From an uncultured Opitutales bacterium (GTDB taxonomy: Bacteria; Verrucomicrobiota; Verrucomicrobiia; Opitutales; UBA9783), in the NCBI GenBank assembly GCA_964582055.1, contig CAZOPT010000001.1, positions 63,038 to 127,037 of the forward strand: DNA of 64,000 nucleotides. Direction: 5' to 3'. Within the stretch, counting starts at the first letter, position 1. Each line of letters opens with the position of its first letter. Below the pieces are notes generated by a model. The model made no database searches. It was not told the origin of the DNA and was given only the letters and a program-made list of their open reading frames with translations. The translations under genes and the position numbers were made by a program. This document shows positions 18,073 through 26,896 of the stretch, piece after piece.

Positions 18073-18169
18073 TTTATATAAATTCTTTCGAAGGTTTATG
18101 CGAAATTAAACTTGACGCAAGAGTGAGCAATGGTTTACTACTAGTTATTATTTAACAGAGTTCATAATT

Positions 18170-18346
18170 ATGGGACAACCAAAGAGAAAACAATCAAAGA
18201 TGCGCAGTCGTTTACGGCGCGGAGCTCACAATTTTAAAATGCCTGCACTTATGAAAGATGCCGAAGGTAATTTGGTAATGCGTCATCGTGTTAATCCAGT
18301 TACGGGCATGTATCGCGATCGCCAAGTGCTTGAAGTAGAGTTATAA
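18170..18346 (+). CDS. rpmF: 50S ribosomal protein L32 (58 aa; below the ORF-track length cutoff)
   Basis: My own translation gives MGQPKRKQSKMRSRLRRGAHNFKMPALMKDAEGNLVMRHRVNPVTGMYRDRQVLEVEL. The PKRK-x-S-K-x-R motif and the position upstream of plsX are canonical. Confidence 0.85.
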   Translation: MGQPKRKQSKMRSRLRRGAHNFKMPALMKDAEGNLVMRHRVNPVTGMYRDRQVLEVEL

Positions 18347-18352
18347 CTTTCC

Positions 18353-19429
18353 ATGCAACTTTCTTTGCCAAGCAAACAGAATCAGCTGCCAAAATTAGCA
18401 GTTGATGTGATGGGAGCTGATTTTGGACCTCAGCAAATAATTGCAGGGGTGCGTTTGGCTTTGGAAATAAATGCATATCGAATAGGAAAGTTATTTCTTG
18501 TAGGGGATGAAAACATTTTAAATCCTATTGTACAAGCAGAAGGTTTAAATAGGGAATCTCTGATTGAGGTTGTACATGCTTCTCAAGTGATCGCTATGGA
18601 TGAAAAACCTTTGCAAACGCTTAAACAAAAGAAAGATGCCTCGATGTTTCGTGCCATTGATTTGGTGAAACAAGGTCTAGCGCAATCAGTTTTAAGTTGT
18701 GGAAATACAGGCAGTTTAATGGCTGGAAGCACCTTGAAATTGCGTACAATTCCAGGTGTGGAACGTCCTGCTTTAGCAAGTGTTATTCCTACAAGGATCC
18801 ACCAATTTGTGTTGATTGACGTGGGGGCTAATCCAAATTCTACAACAAAGCATTTGGTTCATAATGCCATCTTGGGAGCTTATTTTGCAAAAGCAGTTTT
18901 AGGTAAAAAAGCACCAAGGGTAGGGTTGTTAACGATCGGGACCGAGGAAGGCAAAGGGAACGAGTTAGTGCAGCAAACACATGATTACTTGAAGCAGTTA
19001 GACGGAGAGCATTTAAACTATAGTGGTTTAATTGAAGGTTTTGATTTATTTGAAGATTGTGTAGATGTTGTGGTTTGTGGAGGATTCGTAGGTAATATTT
19101 TGCTTAAAACTTGTGAATCTTTATTCCTAAATTTAAAAGAATTTTTGAAGCAAGAATTTGAACGTACGTACTTGCGAAAGTTAGGTGCAACCTTAGCTTC
19201 TGGTGTTTTTAAAAGCATGCGCAAACAATTTTCTCCCGACAAATTTAGCGGAGCACCGTTGTTAGGACTCAATGGTTGGGTATTTAAATCCCATGGGTCT
19301 AGTAAAGCAGAAGCAATTGCAAGCGCATTAAATATGAGTTTAAATTGTTTAGAGCTTTACGATTTACAAGCAATTTCTTCAGCCATCGAGACGGCAAATT
19401 CACTATTAAAATTAGATGAAAAGAGATAG
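18353..19429 (+). CDS. plsX: Phosphate acyltransferase PlsX
   Basis: VDVMGADFGP, SCGNTGSLMA and KSHGSS motifs. Confidence 0.9.
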   Translation: MQLSLPSKQNQLPKLAVDVMGADFGPQQIIAGVRLALEINAYRIGKLFLVGDENILNPIVQAEGLNRESLIEVVHASQVIAMDEKPLQTLKQKKDASMFRAIDLVKQGLAQSVLSCGNTGSLMAGSTLKLRTIPGVERPALASVIPTRIHQFVLIDVGANPNSTTKHLVHNAILGAYFAKAVLGKKAPRVGLLTIGTEEGKGNELVQQTHDYLKQLDGEHLNYSGLIEGFDLFEDCVDVVVCGGFVGNILLKTCESLFLNLKEFLKQEFERTYLRKLGATLASGVFKSMRKQFSPDKFSGAPLLGLNGWVFKSHGSSKAEAIASALNMSLNCLELYDLQAISSAIETANSLLKLDEKR

Positions 19430-19430
19430 T

Positions 19431-20423
19431 ATGAGAGACAGTTCTATTTTAATTAAAGGTGTTGGCTATTATCTTCCAGAAAAGCGATTGACGAATGATG
19501 ATTTATCAAAAATCGTAGATACTTCAGATGAATGGATTCGGACTCGAACTGGCATTTCTGAACGTCATATTGCGTCTAACGAAGAAGCAACTTCGGATTT
19601 GGCTTATCAAGCAGCAAAAAATGCGTTAAGAAATGCGCAATGCGATCCTGAATCAATCGATGCCTTGATTATCGCAACTGTAACATCGGACATGTTATTC
19701 CCTTCGACAGCTGCTTTGGTACAGTCGAAATTAGGTTTACGCAATGTTTTAAGTTTTGATATAAATGCGGCTTGTTCTGGTTTTTTATATGCCTTAGAAA
19801 TTGGACGTAATTTGCTTAATTGTCAGTATTATAAGCGTGTTTTGGTGGTTGGCGCTGAAAAAATATCCTCTATTGTTAATTGGGAGGATCGTGGTACTTG
19901 TGTTTTGTTTGGGGATGGAGCTGGAGCATTTGTTTTAGAACGTTCTGAAGAGCCAAACGTTGGCATTTTAGATCAAACTTTGGGTGCTGATGGAGAGCAC
20001 GCAAACGTACTTTGTCTACCTGCAGGTGGTTCCCGTTTGCCGGCTTCTATCGATACTGTACAAGCTCATTTACACACGATTTCGATGAATGGAAAAGAAT
20101 TGTTTAAGATGGCCGTTCGTTTAATGGCTAAGTCGGTTGAAGATTTACTTGCGCGGAACAATTTGACCCATGCCGATATTGCTTGGTTGGTCCCTCATCA
20201 AGCTAATTTGCGTATTATTCAGTCCTTAGCTCAAACCTTGGAAGTTCCTATGGAACGTATTTTTTGCAATTTAGATAAAACAGGAAATACTTCTGCAGCA
20301 TCTATTCCGATTGCTTTTGCCCAAGCAAATGAACAAAATTGCTTTAAAACGGGTGATTACATTGTTTTAGTTGCATTTGGAGGAGGCTTGACATGGGGGG
20401 CAAGTTTAATAAAATACGCATGA
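19431..20423 (+). CDS. fabH: 3-oxoacyl-ACP synthase III
   Basis: VDTSDEWIRTRTGISERHIA, active-site AACSGF, and HQAN and GNTSAASIP motifs. The ATG at 19431 (MRDSSILIKG) fits the FabH N-terminus better than the track start at 19416. Confidence 0.9.
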   Translation: MRDSSILIKGVGYYLPEKRLTNDDLSKIVDTSDEWIRTRTGISERHIASNEEATSDLAYQAAKNALRNAQCDPESIDALIIATVTSDMLFPSTAALVQSKLGLRNVLSFDINAACSGFLYALEIGRNLLNCQYYKRVLVVGAEKISSIVNWEDRGTCVLFGDGAGAFVLERSEEPNVGILDQTLGADGEHANVLCLPAGGSRLPASIDTVQAHLHTISMNGKELFKMAVRLMAKSVEDLLARNNLTHADIAWLVPHQANLRIIQSLAQTLEVPMERIFCNLDKTGNTSAASIPIAFAQANEQNCFKTGDYIVLVAFGGGLTWGASLIKYA

Positions 20424-21460
20424 TGAAAGGTTTAAAAAACTTATTTTTTGTGTTTTTGCTCGCTTTAGGAGGTTGTTTTCATACCATACGTAATGATATT
20501 CCATCGTCTCAAATTGCGCAGAAATCTCCTGAGCGTGATGCTCAAGCATGGTATTATTTTCAGGAAGCACAATTTCATTTAAAGCGAGGTAAGCCTGAAA
20601 AGGCTTTTAAACGATTTAAAATTATTGGTACACAATACCTCGAAACTGCAATTGCTCCTGAAGCTTTCTTTTGTTGGGGTCAGGAATTACGTAGGTTAGG
20701 AAAGATCGAACAAGCTTTTGAGAAGTTTAAGTTTGTAACAAAAAATTATGTTAATTATCGTAATTATGGGCAAGTTGTTGAAGAAGAATTTGATTTAGCT
20801 TGCCAAATTATGAAACGTTACAATCGACAAAGCCGTTTGCGTTTTTTGTCGTTTTTTAAAGATGCTACAGAAGCTGTTGAGTGTTTTCAACATATTGTAA
20901 CGATGGCTCCGCATTCTGAAAAAGCTGCAAGGGCATTATTTTTGATTGCACAATTGGAACGTGATAGTGGAGATAAGGTCAAAGCGATTACTGCGTTAGA
21001 TCAGCTTATTGAAAATTATCCTGCACACCCTTGTGTTCCGGACGCTTATTTGTTACAGGGAGAAATTTATTTTTCTTTTGTAAATGGTCCGCATAATGAC
21101 CAAGGAATGACGCGTAATGCCATTCATTGTTACGAAGATTTTTTGCAGATTTATTCACAAGATGAAAGTTTGCACGATAAAATTGCTTTAGCTCGTCAGA
21201 AACTTCAAGAAATGCGGGCATTTTATGGAGAAAGTCGTCTGGTTTTAGGAGATTATTTTTTGTATCGTCGGCATTATCCTCAAGGTGCGATTGTGTTTTA
21301 TAATGAAGCTCAATTGTTAGCGCCCTTTACAAAGGTTTCTGAAAAAGCACAGCAACGTATTGATTTCATTCATTCCGGCAAGGAAACGCCTACCAATTGG
21401 GCGGATTTATGTTTCGGAAAGGTTGTGCATCATGCTCCGTCTTCTCAAGTAAAGCATTAA
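20420..21460 (+). CDS. TPR lipoprotein, BamD/YfiO-like
   Basis: An ATG at 20420 overlaps the fabH stop (ATGA). The signal peptide carries a lipobox (LLALGGC). TPR-like repeats are present, and the C-terminal segment ESRLVLGDYFLYRRHYPQGAIVFYNEA resembles BamD. Confidence 0.55.
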   Translation: MMKGLKNLFFVFLLALGGCFHTIRNDIPSSQIAQKSPERDAQAWYYFQEAQFHLKRGKPEKAFKRFKIIGTQYLETAIAPEAFFCWGQELRRLGKIEQAFEKFKFVTKNYVNYRNYGQVVEEEFDLACQIMKRYNRQSRLRFLSFFKDATEAVECFQHIVTMAPHSEKAARALFLIAQLERDSGDKVKAITALDQLIENYPAHPCVPDAYLLQGEIYFSFVNGPHNDQGMTRNAIHCYEDFLQIYSQDESLHDKIALARQKLQEMRAFYGESRLVLGDYFLYRRHYPQGAIVFYNEAQLLAPFTKVSEKAQQRIDFIHSGKETPTNWADLCFGKVVHHAPSSQVKH

Positions 21461-21461
21461 T

Positions 21462-22091
21462 ATGTTACAAATTATTTCCAGCATTGAGTGGTTTATTTAT
21501 CCGTTTGGGATTTTGTTGGTTGTTGGTACTATTTTTTTTTTAGAAAGAGCTTTATTTCTGCATAAAGGCCAAATTCGACCAGAAAATTTTCTTACCGGAC
21601 TTCAAGCGCTATTAAAAAAGGGACGTCGCATGGAAGCCATTACATTGTGTGAGGAAACGCCTGGTTCTGTAGCTCGTCTTATGAAAATTGCTCTTATTTA
21701 TGCTTCCGAATCACAAAACTTTATTCTCGATGAATTGCGTCGTAATGCACTTTTGGAGTTACCTTTGTTACGGAAACGTATTGAATCGTTGCGTTTTATG
21801 GCTCAATTAGCGCCAGTTGTAGGCCTAATTGGTTCTGTTTTTTATTTATTAAAAGGATTTTGGAACTTGGGAGCTTTGCAAGCTTATACTTCTTTAACAA
21901 GTTTTGCACCTTATATTACTTCGGCTTTATCGGTAACGTTAGTAGGCTTTATTGAGATGTTTTTATTTTACTTAGCTTATCATTTCTTAAAAGGGCGTTT
22001 GCGGGCTCTTATTTTTGATATGGAATGGTCGGTGAATGAAATAGTAATTTTTTTAAGTCGAATGCCAAAAAAATCCAATGAAAGCGACTAA
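21462..22091 (+). CDS. MotA/TolQ/ExbB family proton-channel protein
   Basis: Three predicted TM helices. The motif LAPVVGLIGSVFYLLKGF corresponds to the TolQ/ExbB A-P-L-L-G-L-x-G-T-V signature. Confidence 0.75.
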   Translation: MLQIISSIEWFIYPFGILLVVGTIFFLERALFLHKGQIRPENFLTGLQALLKKGRRMEAITLCEETPGSVARLMKIALIYASESQNFILDELRRNALLELPLLRKRIESLRFMAQLAPVVGLIGSVFYLLKGFWNLGALQAYTSLTSFAPYITSALSVTLVGFIEMFLFYLAYHFLKGRLRALIFDMEWSVNEIVIFLSRMPKKSNESD

Positions 22092-22518
22092 TTCATTTGA
22101 GCGTTTAAATTTACTTTCGCAAGAAATCTTGGCTGAAAAAAATATTTTTCCGCTACAGTGGATACCCTATTGTAATTTGTTGGTATTAGCTTTTGGTTTA
22201 CTGCTTTTGAGCTCTAAGTGGTTGTGCCCTCCAGGTGTTCAATTGCAATTGCCAACAGCTACAACTTCTGTTGCTTTACAGACCGCTTATCCTTTAAATC
22301 ACGCAATTATTGTTGATGGGCGCGGATTTATTTTTTTTGAACGCAAGGTTTATGATTTTGAACATTTGGAAGATTTATTTTCTGATCCTATAGATACAGA
22401 AGAAGTTCTTTGGCTGATTATTGATAAGCGTATTGTTTGGGAAAAAGTGCTAAAATTATTTGAGCATGCTCATTTTCGTGGTTATAAATCTGTTCAATTA
22501 GCTGTTGCAATGCAATGA
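22078..22518 (+). CDS. ExbD/TolR family protein (Asn at the conserved TM Asp position)
   Basis: Single N-terminal TM (IPYCNLLVLAFGLLLL), then the LQLPTA motif and a small periplasmic domain. It overlaps the exbB-like gene by 14 nt. Confidence 0.6.
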   Translation: MKATNSFERLNLLSQEILAEKNIFPLQWIPYCNLLVLAFGLLLLSSKWLCPPGVQLQLPTATTSVALQTAYPLNHAIIVDGRGFIFFERKVYDFEHLEDLFSDPIDTEEVLWLIIDKRIVWEKVLKLFEHAHFRGYKSVQLAVAMQ

Positions 22519-23108
22519 AAATTTTTAGAGTGTTGCTTTTCCTGATTCTTATTTTTTGCATAACTAAGAGCTTTTGGAAAAATCCTTTCGAATATGAGTT
22601 GCCTCTTTTATTGTTTCCTGAGAAAAAAGCTTGGTTAAGCTACAATATCAATCAGCAAAATACTAGATACCTTTGGGATGATAGGCCTTTATGTTTACAA
22701 ACTTCTTTTAATTTCTCAGAATTAAAACCACTTTTGTTGCCGCATATATCGGAATTACTAACGAGTTTTAGAAGTGAAGTTGTCAAAGAAACGTGTAATT
22801 TAGGTGTTAAAGACTGGCAATTAAAGATCGAAGATCCTCAAACAAAAAAAAAGTTTAGTTGGCCCTGTCGTCGTGTAAAACCAATTACGCCGCAATTGCG
22901 TTTTTCGGTTGAAAGAAATTTGCAAGACTCTTATTCTTTTAAAGTTTTATGTATAGGGAATTCGCCTGGGAAAAACACTTTTTATAGCATTTCTGATTCA
23001 AAAGGTTGGACAAGTTTTATCTATAAAGAAAAGGCGTGGTCCGTAGTTAAAACCTTTATTCAACAAGTTGATGTTCCGTTTGGTATTTCCAAAATTCGGC
23101 AAGATTGA
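22515..23108 (+). CDS. Hypothetical membrane-anchored protein in the TonB/TolA position
   Basis: ATGA overlap with the exbD-like gene. It has an N-terminal TM anchor but no Pro-rich spacer and no TonB C-terminal motif. Confidence 0.4.
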   Translation: MKIFRVLLFLILIFCITKSFWKNPFEYELPLLLFPEKKAWLSYNINQQNTRYLWDDRPLCLQTSFNFSELKPLLLPHISELLTSFRSEVVKETCNLGVKDWQLKIEDPQTKKKFSWPCRRVKPITPQLRFSVERNLQDSYSFKVLCIGNSPGKNTFYSISDSKGWTSFIYKEKAWSVVKTFIQQVDVPFGISKIRQD

Positions 23109-23149
23109 GAGTCATTGACAAATAACTCTTCATTTTATAAACTAAAAGC

Positions 23150-24622
23150 ATGATGAAACTATATACGGGAGTTTTATTGCCAGTTTTTTCATTGCCGAGT
23201 CGTCAAGGTGTCGGTTGTTTTGGGAAAGATGCTATGCATTGGATAGATACACTTAAAGCAGCAGGAATGAATGCTTGGCAAGTGTGTCCTTTAGGTCCTA
23301 CTGGTTTTGGTGCTTCTCCTTATCAAACCCTTTCTGATTTTGCTCTTAATCCTTTATTTTTAGATGTTGAGGATTTATATCGACATAATTGGATTTCGAA
23401 AGCAGATTGGGAAAAAATAACTCAAACATTCCCTCAAGACCAAGTCGATTATGTTGCTGTTGAACAACAACTTATGCCCTTATTTTTGAAAGCTTATGAA
23501 ACTTTTGTGCAATCAAAATCAAAAAGTAAATTAGAAGCTTTTAAGGATAAAGAAGGTGAGCATTTGGCTGTTTTTTCTACTTTTTGTGCACTAAAATCAA
23601 AATTTTTCCAAAAGCCTTGGTGGGAATGGCCGGAAGATTACCGTAGCTACTCTACTGAAACAGTACAAACTTACCGTAAAGATTACCATATATGGGTTGA
23701 TTTTTTCGCATTTTTACAATGGTTGTTGCACGAACAGTGGCATAAAATTCATTGTTATGCCAATGAAAGTGGAATTGCGATTATTGGAGACTTGCCGATT
23801 TATGTTGGTTTGGATAGTGCGGCGGTTTGGTCAGATCGTAGCTTGTTTCAATGGGATATGAAAAAGGATTGTCCTAAATATGTTGCTGGTGTACCGCCAG
23901 ATTATTTTTCCGAAAAGGGGCAATTGTGGGGAAATCCGCTTTATCGCTGGACAGAGCATAAGCGTACGCACTTTGATTGGTGGATGCAGCGTATAAAAAA
24001 ACAATTCGAATGGTTTGATGTATTACGTTTGGATCATGCACGCGCTTTATTTGATTATTGGGCCGTTCCACAAGATGCTAAAACTGCACAAAAAGGAAAA
24101 TGGAAGTCAGGCCCTAAGAATCATTTTTTGAATAAATTAAAGCAGAATTGGCCGTCTATGCCTTTTATCTTAGAAGATTTGGGTGACTTACATGAAGCTG
24201 TAAAAACGTTTTTAAAAACATCGGATTTGCCGGGTATGGCAATTGCACAATTTGCTTTTGGGGGAGAAAATAATCCTTATTTACCAGAAGCGTGGTATGA
24301 AAAACAGGTTGTTTATACTGGAACTCATGATAATGATACTACTCGTGGTTGGTTTAAGTCTTTAAATTTATTGGAGCAAGAACGTGTTGCTAATATTTTA
24401 GCCGTTGAAATCTTAACAGAAGAAATAGTAAGTAAGGAATTGATTCATTGGATTTTCAAGCATCGTACTACTCAACATGTCATTATTCCTTTGCAAGATT
24501 GGCTGGGTTTAGATTCTGAAACACGTATTAATACTCCTGGAACTATTGGAAACAATTGGCAATGGCGTTGTAAAAGAACAGATTTTAAAAATTTTTTAAA
24601 GAATGTCAGTTTTAAGAGATAA
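23150..24622 (+). CDS. malQ: 4-alpha-glucanotransferase (amylomaltase, GH77)
   Basis: GVLLPVFSLPS, GDLPIYV, QLWGNPLY, LRLDHA and YTGTHDNDT motifs. Confidence 0.85.
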   Translation: MMKLYTGVLLPVFSLPSRQGVGCFGKDAMHWIDTLKAAGMNAWQVCPLGPTGFGASPYQTLSDFALNPLFLDVEDLYRHNWISKADWEKITQTFPQDQVDYVAVEQQLMPLFLKAYETFVQSKSKSKLEAFKDKEGEHLAVFSTFCALKSKFFQKPWWEWPEDYRSYSTETVQTYRKDYHIWVDFFAFLQWLLHEQWHKIHCYANESGIAIIGDLPIYVGLDSAAVWSDRSLFQWDMKKDCPKYVAGVPPDYFSEKGQLWGNPLYRWTEHKRTHFDWWMQRIKKQFEWFDVLRLDHARALFDYWAVPQDAKTAQKGKWKSGPKNHFLNKLKQNWPSMPFILEDLGDLHEAVKTFLKTSDLPGMAIAQFAFGGENNPYLPEAWYEKQVVYTGTHDNDTTRGWFKSLNLLEQERVANILAVEILTEEIVSKELIHWIFKHRTTQHVIIPLQDWLGLDSETRINTPGTIGNNWQWRCKRTDFKNFLKNVSFKR

Positions 24623-24652
24623 GACTGTAATTTTAGAAAGAAGCTTATCAGT

Positions 24653-26896
24653 TTACAATTGTTTAAAATTGGTATTGAGGCGATCTTTAAGGGTAGTTTG
24701 ACGAATGGTGCTATCAAGAGTTCGAACGGCGATTGAATAGGCGCGTGGATCTCCAACAATAAAGACTTTTTTACGACCTCGTGTGATAGCTGTATAAAGC
24801 AGATTGCGTTTAAGCATTACAAAATGTTGTGTGAATAAAGGGATGATTACAATAGGAAATTCACTTCCTTGGGATTTATGGATACTGATTGCGTAGGCGA
24901 GTTTTAAATCTAAGCAATCTGAACGTTCTAGAATGTGTTCTTCAGTATCAAAACGTACATTCAATAGCTCTTCATCGAGGTCGACATCTTGAATAATTCC
25001 CAAATCGCCGTTAAAAATGTTTATATTATAATTATTTTTTAATTGGATAACTTTGTCACCAATGTAGAAATTCTGAGTGCCAATTTGTAATTTTCGACGA
25101 TTCAATCCGGCGGCTTCTTGAAAACAGATATTAATTTGTTCGATGCCAATAAGTCCACGATGCATAGGTGCCAAAATTTGAATATCTCGAATCGGATCGA
25201 CCGAATACCATTGTGGAATTTTACGCCAGCATAAATCCTGTAAAACACTTATGCAGTCTTTTGGATCTGTAACTTGTATAAAATGAAAGTCTTCTGCTAA
25301 ATCGATAGGGGTATTGGGTAATACAATCGGACATTCTAAAGAACGTTTCCCCGCTAAAATATTGTGTGCAGCAGCTACAATAGAGCTCCGTTTACTTTGT
25401 CGGAAAATATCGCTTAAATACTCCACATGAAAAAATGGACTTTGTATGAAATCATTAAGAACACTACCTGGCCCTACTGATGGAAGCTGGTAAATATCGC
25501 CGACGAATAAAACGTGTGCATGATTAGGCAAGGCTCGTAGTAAAGCATGTGTAAGAGCTACATCCAACATACTAGATTCATCCAAAATCAGATAATCTAC
25601 AGGCAGCAAATTATCTTCATCGTAAGTAAAACGGCCAATCGAAGGTTCAAATTTAAGCGTTCGATGAACTGTACGTGCCATTAAACCTGTTGCTTCAGAC
25701 ATTCTTTGTGCGGCACGACCTGTAGGAGCCGCCAAACATAAACGCACTTTTTTTGCTGAAAGTACGCCCACTAAAGCTTTTAGCAGAGTGGTTTTACCCG
25801 TTCCGGGTCCGCCTGTTAATACCGACAATTTTGATCCTAAAATCGCTCGTAAAGCATTTTTTTGTGTTTCTGACCATTGGATGTTTAATTTTTCTTCACT
25901 CCATTTTAAGGCTTGATCGATTTGGATAGCAGGCAAATGTGAAGGGGTACAATACAAACGTTGGATATGATCCGCAATACTGGTTTCATAAAAAAACATT
26001 TTTTTACGCTGCAATAAGCCTGTTTTGGGATACAAAAATAAGGTACCATTTTCGCTTAATAGCTTTACTCGATTGGAAATGAGATCTTGCTGTAGGTTTA
26101 ATAATTCTGAAGTATTTTTTATAAGATTGTCTACAAAACCTCCCGTATGACCTTCACCTTCTAATTCCGACAAAACGTACTCGATTCCCGCATCAATGCG
26201 AAAATCGCTGTCGTTTTTAAATCCTAAATTCAATGCAATTTTGTCAGCGGATTTAAAACCAATTCCGTCTATTGTTTTTACAATAATGTAAGGATTTTCC
26301 GTAATAACACGTTGGGTAGATTCTCCATAATGCTGATATAAGCGTAAACATTGTGTATTTGTAAAGCCGTAAATTTGCAAAAAGATCATTACGTCACGAA
26401 TGCTTCGTTGCTCATCCCATGCTTTTTTAATCTTTTTTGCACGTTTGGTCCCAATGCCTGGTACATCCATTAAGCGTGCGTAAGAACTATTTAAGATAGA
26501 AAATGTCTCTGTACCAAAAAATTCGACAATTTTGTTAGCGTATTCTTTTCCTATACCATGGATGAGTCCGCTGCTTAAGTACTGACGAATTCCATGTACG
26601 TCAGATGGTAATGTCGACTCAAATTGTACACATTGAAATTGGCGTCCATATTGATTATGTTCAGTCCAATGCCCTTTGACAACTAAGGTTTCTCCGCATT
26701 GTACACCAGGAAAGCAGCCTGTAATGGTAATAGTTCCCTGATGGCGATTTAAATCCAATAAACAAACTGAATAGCCATTTTCTTTGTTGGCAAAAACAAC
26801 ACGTTTCAAGACACCTTTTAAGGTGACATAACTATCTACACCTTCACTATTAGGAGTGTTTCCAAAAAGTAAAGGCTGTTGATTATTTGCCTCCAC
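24653..26896 (-). CDS. recD2: RecD2/YrrC-type SF1B DNA helicase
   Basis: Helix-hairpin-helix region, Walker A GGPGTGKTT, LILDESSMLD, GDIYQLPSVGPG and a C-terminal SIHKSQGSE motif. Its GTG start directly abuts the greA stop. Confidence 0.85.
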   Translation of the reverse strand: MEANNQQPLLFGNTPNSEGVDSYVTLKGVLKRVVFANKENGYSVCLLDLNRHQGTITITGCFPGVQCGETLVVKGHWTEHNQYGRQFQCVQFESTLPSDVHGIRQYLSSGLIHGIGKEYANKIVEFFGTETFSILNSSYARLMDVPGIGTKRAKKIKKAWDEQRSIRDVMIFLQIYGFTNTQCLRLYQHYGESTQRVITENPYIIVKTIDGIGFKSADKIALNLGFKNDSDFRIDAGIEYVLSELEGEGHTGGFVDNLIKNTSELLNLQQDLISNRVKLLSENGTLFLYPKTGLLQRKKMFFYETSIADHIQRLYCTPSHLPAIQIDQALKWSEEKLNIQWSETQKNALRAILGSKLSVLTGGPGTGKTTLLKALVGVLSAKKVRLCLAAPTGRAAQRMSEATGLMARTVHRTLKFEPSIGRFTYDEDNLLPVDYLILDESSMLDVALTHALLRALPNHAHVLFVGDIYQLPSVGPGSVLNDFIQSPFFHVEYLSDIFRQSKRSSIVAAAHNILAGKRSLECPIVLPNTPIDLAEDFHFIQVTDPKDCISVLQDLCWRKIPQWYSVDPIRDIQILAPMHRGLIGIEQINICFQEAAGLNRRKLQIGTQNFYIGDKVIQLKNNYNINIFNGDLGIIQDVDLDEELLNVRFDTEEHILERSDCLDLKLAYAISIHKSQGSEFPIVIIPLFTQHFVMLKRNLLYTAITRGRKKVFIVGDPRAYSIAVRTLDSTIRQTTLKDRLNTNFKQL

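Noticed and set aside
18110-18145. TTGACG as a -35 element upstream of rpmF
   Set aside because: No acceptable -10 hexamer occurs at 15-19 bp spacing (TTACTA at 17 bp matches only 1 of 6 positions).
24619-24650. GATAAG / CTTATC 6-bp inverted repeat between the convergent malQ and recD2
   Set aside because: The stem is only 6 bp with a 20-nt loop and no U-tract, so it is not distinguishable from chance in AT-rich DNA.
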